From Candidatus Latescibacterota bacterium (GTDB lineage Bacteria; Latescibacterota; UBA2968; GCA-2709665): a stretch of 64,000 nucleotides of DNA. The translations under genes were made by a program, and so were the position numbers. The notes beneath the pieces were generated by a model that was not told the origin of the DNA, ran no database searches, and saw only the letters and a program-made list of their open reading frames with translations. Positions 58,101-64,000 of the stretch are shown here, piece by piece. The DNA lies in the NCBI GenBank assembly GCA_965219995.1, contig CBDCOX010000002.1, positions 4,480,001 to 4,544,000 on the forward strand, read 5' to 3'. Positions within the stretch are counted from its first letter, which is position 1; each line of letters starts with the position of its first letter.

Positions 58101-58299
58101 CCCGTCTGGCGCAACGGCTTCACGATCTCAGCAGAAGTCACAAGCCACTGCGACAGACAGGCTACCCTCAACGCTATCCCCTATGCGATATCGCCGTCGC
58201 CAATCCGGCGAGTGAGGGTACACACACACAAGTGTGTGTGAATTGGTCAATGCCCTGATTTTATGTCGGTTAATTCCAGCCGTGAGCCACGATCCCGGA

Positions 58300-58581
58300 C
58301 TATTCATCCGGTCGATTCGAAGCCCCTCTCAGTTCCCTTCGCGCCACCGATAGCGCCATGACTTCCAGCGCGTTGATTAGGTAGACGTCGCGCGCGTGGC
58401 TGTCCAGGGCCCCGGCCATCTGTTTGGCGAGCGCGGGGATGTCGGCCTCCAGATCGGCTCTCATATCGTCCCAGCCGGTAAGGCGACCATGCTTATCGCG
58501 GTATGACTCCCGCGCGGCCCGGTAGATGGCCCTGGCGAGCGTGCGCGGGTCTCCGTCGAGATGGATCTGAGGTTCGTTCAT
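58300..58581 (-). CDS. Hypothetical protein (93 aa)
   Basis: AGGA RBS, ATG, GC-rich codon usage; no recognised motif. Confidence 0.65.
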   Translation of the reverse strand: MNEPQIHLDGDPRTLARAIYRAARESYRDKHGRLTGWDDMRADLEADIPALAKQMAGALDSHARDVYLINALEVMALSVARRELRGASNRPDE

Positions 58582-58645
58582 TTAATCCTGTACGGTCGCG
58601 TGATTGAGGGTGGGGCAGACATTTCTGTCCGGCCTTTTCGGGTAT

Positions 58646-61600
58646 CTATGATTCACTCGACCTGACGGGTTCGAAGCGGACGGTATCGCCGACCACGTAG
58701 TCCACAATCCGGACCCAGGCGCCGGGCGCGAGGTTTCGGAGCCGGTCGCCGTCGCCCCTGTTTGGATCGATCCGGACGGTTGTGCGCACACGGCCGGGTG
58801 GCCAGGAACCGGCGTTTGACGCGTTGTCGATGACGGCCCAGTCGTCGTTCGCGCCGGTCTGGATCCGCGTGCCGTTCAGGTTGCCGGACTTCGCGAGGAC
58901 GTGGAAGCCGAAGTCGATCCTTCCGTCTTTCGCGGCAACAACCGTCGCGCGTCCCAGGAGTGAGGTGACGTCCAGCGTGAGGCGGAGAACCGGAGCGCCG
59001 GCGGTTTCAACGGCCTCGACGCGGTAGGTGTGCGCGCGTTCGTCCGGATTGACGGTAACGCGGTCCCCAGCGACGACGTCCTCGAGGCCTTCCACGTCGA
59101 TGGTACATGCATCCCGGTCGAGAGCGACGATGCGGCCGGTCTGTTGCGCCCGTCTGACCGCGAGCGACGTCTTTTCGTTATGAAACGAGGACGCGGCCAC
59201 GGTTGAGACCTTACCGTCGACGACTACCGTGAGGGCGCCGTCCAACGTGGCGCCGTCGTTATAGGACGTGGCTTCGTTGGGACCTGACTCAGGCGCCCAG
59301 TAAAGGGCGATCTCCCTGCCCTGCACTGTGGTCAACCTGACGCCCGCGGCGGTGGTAGACGTCGCTGGAATGGTGACCGCTTCGGCAAGGGTCGGTTCGC
59401 CGATGCGGGGTTCGAATACGAGATCGACGCAGGTGGTATCGTCCTGCGGCGTCCGGCGCCAGAGGACCGGATGATACAGGTAGTTGGACGTTTCGGGGGT
59501 CCCCATCGCCTGCGCCGCGCGAGCGGAGAACAGACGGGTTCCGGGGGAGACGCGCACCTGATGCAGATCCAGGCGGGCCGCGGGCTCGACCTGCGATTGC
59601 CAGGTCCCGCTGAAGGCCGGCGGCGCATGGCCGGTCGCGACGTCGTCCATGTACGCCAGAGCGGTGTGGTCGGGGTGCGGCAGGTCGCCGGTCTCCCCGC
59701 GTTCGATATGAGGTCCGGCGACGGTTCCGGTTTGCGGCAGAAGTCCCGCGTTGTCCGATCGGAACGCGCCTTCGAGCCCCCGGCAGGTGCGCCAGTGGTT
59801 CGTGCCTCCCGCGATCCTGGAAAGATCGACGAGCGCGACGCCGTCGCCGTCGGTCCCCACGAGGGCGATGAGGCGGCGGAAGGCGACACCGAGCCTGCGC
59901 CATCCCCGCGACTCGTCGTGTGCCCACCGATGCGCCTCGACGTCCAGCACCTGGACGCCGTCCGCAAAGAGACTGCGCACCAGGCGCCCCCGGCCGGCGC
60001 TGACGGGTTCGCCCGGGGGCAGGTCGGACCAGACCGTGTTGTGGGTAGCCCAATGGGATTCCCATGGAGACATGCTGGCCCAGGACTGGGGGTAACCCAG
60101 ATCCGTCAGAAACGGGCGCTCGAATGCGAACAACTGCACGTCCAGAAGGTCCCGGTGGCGGTGGTGGAGCGTATCCCCGTACACGATGCCGGCCGCGGCT
60201 CGTTCGGGGGCTTCGTGTGTGCGGAGGATCGCTATTCCGACCCCGTCGTGGATCGTGGGGCCGAGCGCCCGGTGTCGTCTGTCTTCTACGGCCGACTGAA
60301 TTTCACGCACCAGCGGATCATCCGTGAAAGCCGCGGCTCGATGGAGAAGACTCGGGTCCATCGGCGGATGAAAGAGGTCGTTTTCAAGACGGATGGTGCC
60401 CTCTCCCTTGAAGCCCGCCGAACCCGGAGCGGACCCGTCGCCAAACTGGAAATAGGACTTGCCGCACATCGTGATTTCGTGCAGTGCGCGCGGCACGTGT
60501 GCGGCCCTCCCATCTTCGAAGAGCGAGGGGTAGGCGGACTCGGGGTAGGCATCCGGTTGTCCCGCGCGCAGTTCCCGGAGGTGATGTTCCAGATCGAACA
60601 ACCCGTCGCTGTGGATGGCGTTATAGCCTCCGGTGGCCTCCTGGGGCGTGCCGTCAGGGAAGAAGTCGTTCGTCGTGAACACCCGCAGCGTGTCCGGCCC
60701 TTCGTCATAGACCCAATCCATCACGTCCCGCGCGTCGGGGCGGTCCAGGCAGCGCAGGACAATGAGCGCCCCCTGGCTTTCCCTCGGCAGGTTGCTGGAC
60801 GCGCCCCTGTCCAGCGTGACCTGGAGCAGTGCGGCCAGCATCTCTTCCGTCATTTGACAGGCGTCGGCGGGGGTCTGCACGGAAAGGCCCATGGACTGCG
60901 CCCGTTCAACGAGTTCCCGGTCCTCCCTCATCAGCGGCCAGACCGTATCGTAGGCCAGCGCCAGGCATTCGATCAGATACGGCGTGTCGATGCTGTAACG
61001 GATGCTTCCCTTGGCCCGTAGCGCCTGGACGGGGTCGGACTCGTCCGCCCAGTCCGGCTGGCCCCAGTCCCAGGGTTCTTCCACGCCCTTCGACGGGCCG
61101 TAACGGAACTGGGGTACGGATGCCACGTAGAGCTCTTCCTCCGCATAACGAAGCAGAAGCAGACCGAGTTGCCTCGCGCGGCCGTCGTCGAACCCGCCCG
61201 CGCGGAGCGCGTTCGTCATCGCGGCGATTCCCGAATTGAAGCTGCGGCATTGGTCCCGGTGATAGGTGGCGGCGAAGAGGAAGATGTGGCCTTCGGCGTC
61301 GAAACAGCCGTACCCGTCATCGGGATATTCGCCCGAGATGTAGTCTTCGTCCGCCAGGTCGTTGCTCGGATAGACCGAGCCGCAGTTGGGACAAACGGAT
61401 TTGAAGTCGCACGGATGGTGATTGCGCACCCAGGGATAGAAACCGCTGTATTTGAAAATTGCGGTGCCGCAGTTCGGGCAGCCCTGGTGGCAGTTGGCGA
61501 AGTGGGCTTTAGGCAGTTCCGCGCCGGGAAGCTGCGCCCACAGAACCTGATCCGACTGTGAGGACAACCACGCGACGGTCTGCTCGTCAACACGGCCCGA

Positions 61601-61966
61601 TACGGGTTCGTCCTGCAGGGTCTGCCGCGTCTTTGTCGGCCGGTAATTCTTCTCCAGAGGCCAGCGGCGGGGCCACCACGCGCCGTTGTAGACGTGCGGC
61701 CGGCGCAGATCGTCCAGAGTGCGCACGCGGATGGTCGTTTCCGCGGACCTGCCGCCGCGCGTTGCGCGGACCGCATAATCGCCGGCCCGGCCTGGAGACC
61801 GAAGATAGTGGTAGACGGCGCCGTCCCGATCGGACCACCTCGTGGCGGTCGTCTCGAAATGATCCGCCGAGAGTGTGACGTTTTCGTCCTGCGCCTGAAC
61901 GGGCAGGCGGAAGCTGCGTCCGGGCAGAATGACCCTGGGACGCCAGGGGATTGCGGGATCCGGCAT
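58646..61966 (-). CDS. Large heparinase II/III-like (polysaccharide lyase-like) protein with CxxC motifs
   Basis: EATGGY, HRHRDLL...LTDLGYP...HNTV heparinase II/III-type motifs; two CPNC motifs; GAGG RBS. Confidence 0.7.
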   Translation of the reverse strand: MPDPAIPWRPRVILPGRSFRLPVQAQDENVTLSADHFETTATRWSDRDGAVYHYLRSPGRAGDYAVRATRGGRSAETTIRVRTLDDLRRPHVYNGAWWPRRWPLEKNYRPTKTRQTLQDEPVSGRVDEQTVAWLSSQSDQVLWAQLPGAELPKAHFANCHQGCPNCGTAIFKYSGFYPWVRNHHPCDFKSVCPNCGSVYPSNDLADEDYISGEYPDDGYGCFDAEGHIFLFAATYHRDQCRSFNSGIAAMTNALRAGGFDDGRARQLGLLLLRYAEEELYVASVPQFRYGPSKGVEEPWDWGQPDWADESDPVQALRAKGSIRYSIDTPYLIECLALAYDTVWPLMREDRELVERAQSMGLSVQTPADACQMTEEMLAALLQVTLDRGASSNLPRESQGALIVLRCLDRPDARDVMDWVYDEGPDTLRVFTTNDFFPDGTPQEATGGYNAIHSDGLFDLEHHLRELRAGQPDAYPESAYPSLFEDGRAAHVPRALHEITMCGKSYFQFGDGSAPGSAGFKGEGTIRLENDLFHPPMDPSLLHRAAAFTDDPLVREIQSAVEDRRHRALGPTIHDGVGIAILRTHEAPERAAAGIVYGDTLHHRHRDLLDVQLFAFERPFLTDLGYPQSWASMSPWESHWATHNTVWSDLPPGEPVSAGRGRLVRSLFADGVQVLDVEAHRWAHDESRGWRRLGVAFRRLIALVGTDGDGVALVDLSRIAGGTNHWRTCRGLEGAFRSDNAGLLPQTGTVAGPHIERGETGDLPHPDHTALAYMDDVATGHAPPAFSGTWQSQVEPAARLDLHQVRVSPGTRLFSARAAQAMGTPETSNYLYHPVLWRRTPQDDTTCVDLVFEPRIGEPTLAEAVTIPATSTTAAGVRLTTVQGREIALYWAPESGPNEATSYNDGATLDGALTVVVDGKVSTVAASSFHNEKTSLAVRRAQQTGRIVALDRDACTIDVEGLEDVVAGDRVTVNPDERAHTYRVEAVETAGAPVLRLTLDVTSLLGRATVVAAKDGRIDFGFHVLAKSGNLNGTRIQTGANDDWAVIDNASNAGSWPPGRVRTTVRIDPNRGDGDRLRNLAPGAWVRIVDYVVGDTVRFEPVRSSES

Positions 61967-62027
61967 GGCGACCTTCCTCGGTAAAGGGGATACTGACGTT
62001 TGGGTGAGCTCGACTCCGGGCTCGAGT

Positions 62028-62864
62028 TCACACCGCCATTTTGGCCTTGACAGCCGCGTGGCAGCGGTAGTTGATTAGCCTGAAGTCGTCGTACACGAAG
62101 TCGTCGATGGCGTTCTGGCCGCGGTCCTCTATATGCAGGCGCGGGAGCGGATACGGGTCGCGCGACAACTGTTCCCGGACCGCGTCCAGGTGATTCAGAT
62201 AGATGTGGGCATCGGCCAGCGTGTGGATGAATTCGCCGGGTTCGAGACGGGTGATTCCGGCCACCATATGCAACAGGAGTGAATAGGAGGCGATGTTGAG
62301 CGGCACCCCCAGAAACATGTCGCAAGACCTCTGGTACATCAACATGGAAAGTCTGCCTTCCGCAACGTAGAACTGGAAGAAGGAGTGGCAGGGAGGAAGG
62401 GCGACGTCGTCGGGCGCGACTTCGGCGGCATTCCATGCGTTTACGATCATGCGCCTTGAATCGGGGTTGTCGCGGATCAGGTCGATGGCCTCCCGCAGCT
62501 GGTCCACGGTCCGTTCCGCCCCGCGCCACTCCCGCCACTGGACGCCGTAGATGCGTCCCATCGAGCCGTTGTTTTCGCGCAGGCCGAGTCTCCGGAGATA
62601 GTCCTGATAGTTGCCGTCCCAGAGTCTGTTGTAGGGATAAATCTTCTTGAGGTCGTTGATATTGTCGGATCCCGAAATGAACCAGAGAAGCTCGGAGAGC
62701 ATCGATTTCCACACGAGCTTTTTCGTGGTGACGGCGGGGAATCCGTCTTTCATATCGTACCGCGCGTGCAGGCCGAAACAGGAGATCGTGCCGACGCCGG
62801 TCCGGTCTTCTTTCGTGACGCCGTGTTCCAGGATATATTTCAGCTGATCGAGGTATTGTCTCAT
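62028..62864 (-). CDS. thyA: Thymidylate synthase
   Basis: DRTGVGT, ELLWF, ALPPCH, YQRSCDMFLGVPLNIASY. Confidence 0.98.
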   Translation of the reverse strand: MRQYLDQLKYILEHGVTKEDRTGVGTISCFGLHARYDMKDGFPAVTTKKLVWKSMLSELLWFISGSDNINDLKKIYPYNRLWDGNYQDYLRRLGLRENNGSMGRIYGVQWREWRGAERTVDQLREAIDLIRDNPDSRRMIVNAWNAAEVAPDDVALPPCHSFFQFYVAEGRLSMLMYQRSCDMFLGVPLNIASYSLLLHMVAGITRLEPGEFIHTLADAHIYLNHLDAVREQLSRDPYPLPRLHIEDRGQNAIDDFVYDDFRLINYRCHAAVKAKMAV

Positions 62865-62904
62865 GAAGAACCCTGTACGGATGAGCCTTCGGCTGCGATC
62901 GGTC

Positions 62905-63175
62905 AGTAAAAAGCGGTGAGAGGGTAGACGGGAAAAGGAAGAATGAAGAATTAGGAATTAAGAATGAAAACCTGAAAGCGGTGAGAGGGGAGACGTGAGA
63001 CGGTAGAGGATAACTCTTACCGCAGTGTTTCTACAAAAAACGTGCCTGTTTCTTTACCGATATGGTAACGATAAAAAAAACTATATGGCACTCATACCTT
63101 CTCCCGTTTATTGTCTACCCGTTCTTCAGGCACTCGCATCACATCTCCCGTCTACCTTCTCCCCGCCTTAAAGAG
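62905..63175. repeat. Inverted-repeat-bounded low-complexity intergenic element between folA and thyA
   Basis: AAGCGGTGAGAGGGTAGACGGGA (about 62911) pairs imperfectly with TCCCGTCTACCTTCTCCCCGCCTT (about 63146); internal heptamer runs GAATGAA/GAATTAG/GAATTAA and GAGACGT. Confidence 0.65.
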
Positions 63176-63369
63176 AGGTCTGCGCCTCTGCGGGTAATGC
63201 CACATCGCGGCGCTGACGGCAATTGAATGGGTTTCAGATTCAATCTGCACTTTGGTTCGTTGGGGCAACCCTTGTGGTTGCCCGCCCGAACGGTGTTTCA
63301 GGTCTTACCCTGTGTTTTTCTTCGTGTCTTTGTGTCTTCGTGTGAGCTGATTTTCGTTTTCACATCATC

Positions 63370-63852
63370 TCACGTCTCACGTCTTGCGTCTCCCCGTCTT
63401 TCGTAGACCAACAGGGTGAACTCGACGTGTTCTTCTTTCTTCGTGAGGCGCCACTCGCTCTCGTCGAACTCTGGGAAGAGGGTGTCGCCGTCGTAGTCGC
63501 CCTTGATCAGGGAAAAAACCATCCTGTTCGCGACGGAGATGGACTGCCGGTAAATCTCGGCGCCGCCCGCGCTGAAAACGGGCTTTCCGTAGGAACCGGC
63601 TTTCTCAAGCGCCTCTTCGAACGTGCGGCAGACGTCGACGCCCGGGGTTTCCGGGAACGTGCGGCTGACGATGACGTGGGAGCGACCCGGCAGGGGTCTG
63701 CAGCCGATCGACTCGAAGGTCTTGCGGCCCATGATCAGAACGCCGCCGGTGGTGATTTTCCTGAAATGCCGGAGGTCCTCGGAAACGTGCCAGGGCATGG
63801 CATTTTCTTTGCCGATCACCCGATTGTCCGCCATGGCGGCGATGACGGTCAT
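63370..63852 (-). CDS. folA: Dihydrofolate reductase
   Basis: VIGKENAMPWH..EDL..F, IMGRKTFESIG..PLPGR, GGAEIY, GDTLFP. Confidence 0.96.
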   Translation of the reverse strand: MTVIAAMADNRVIGKENAMPWHVSEDLRHFRKITTGGVLIMGRKTFESIGCRPLPGRSHVIVSRTFPETPGVDVCRTFEEALEKAGSYGKPVFSAGGAEIYRQSISVANRMVFSLIKGDYDGDTLFPEFDESEWRLTKKEEHVEFTLLVYERRGDARRET

Positions 63853-63998
63853 GGCCCCCCCGGCGCGGTGATATCCAGCAGTTGCGGGACCGCCGTGGAT
63901 CGACCGACGAGATCGTGATCGAGCGCATCCGTGATTTCCACGTCTGTGAATTCGCCGATCCGCGCTTCACCGGAAATAAAGACCTCGCCATCGATCTC
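63849..63998 (-). CDS. rimO: 3' end of a RimO-like methylthiotransferase (TRAM domain), partial
   Basis: Minus frame reads EIDGEVFISGEARIGEFTDVEITDALDHDLVG..., matching the RimO (A)PEIDG TRAM motif; its TGA overlaps the folA ATG. Confidence 0.75.
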   Translation of the reverse strand, partial: EIDGEVFISGEARIGEFTDVEITDALDHDLVGRSTAVPQLLDITAPGGP

Positions 63999-64000
63999 GG

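Overview
64 kb of a high-GC, Gram-negative (diderm) bacterial chromosome. Long secreted WD40 proteins, paired 'DFxxDGxVGFxDF' EF-hand-like tags, tandem PhyH dioxygenases and a heparinase II/III-like protein suggest a Latescibacterota/Gemmatimonadota-like, possibly sponge-associated organism (inference only). Layout: (1) 1-7.4 kb is a defence island: an IS630 element inserted into a fused nuclease-adenine methyltransferase gene, a DSR1-like SIR2 protein, an MNT-HEPN pair and an orphan AAA ATPase. (2) 7.5-21.7 kb holds an Oar-like TonB receptor, a 2Fe-2S-HTH fusion divergent from a radical SAM gene, an orphan mazE, phd-vapC, REP-rich DNA, two PhyH genes, sigma54-driven pspA and a coxD-coxE-xdhC-like cluster. 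(3) 22-45.4 kb is a large phosphate island: phoU/pstBACS/porin, divergent Pho-box arrays, a TonB receptor plus secreted beta-helix protein, CHAD-ParA-ppk1, and phoB-hydrolase-phoR split by a 900-bp TA cassette with 43-bp direct repeats. (4) 45.7-64 kb holds RNase II/R, RidA, hydrolases, a candidate anti-SD sRNA, the WD40 protein, the heparinase-like protein, thyA, folA and the 3' end of rimO. The best candidates for new biology are a CHAD + ParA module beside ppk1 (putative polyphosphate-granule positioning system), the integrase-free TA cassette that duplicates a gene 3' end, and the orphan sRNA. No CRISPR array, tRNA or rRNA was seen. Family assignments come from motif recognition, not database searches.
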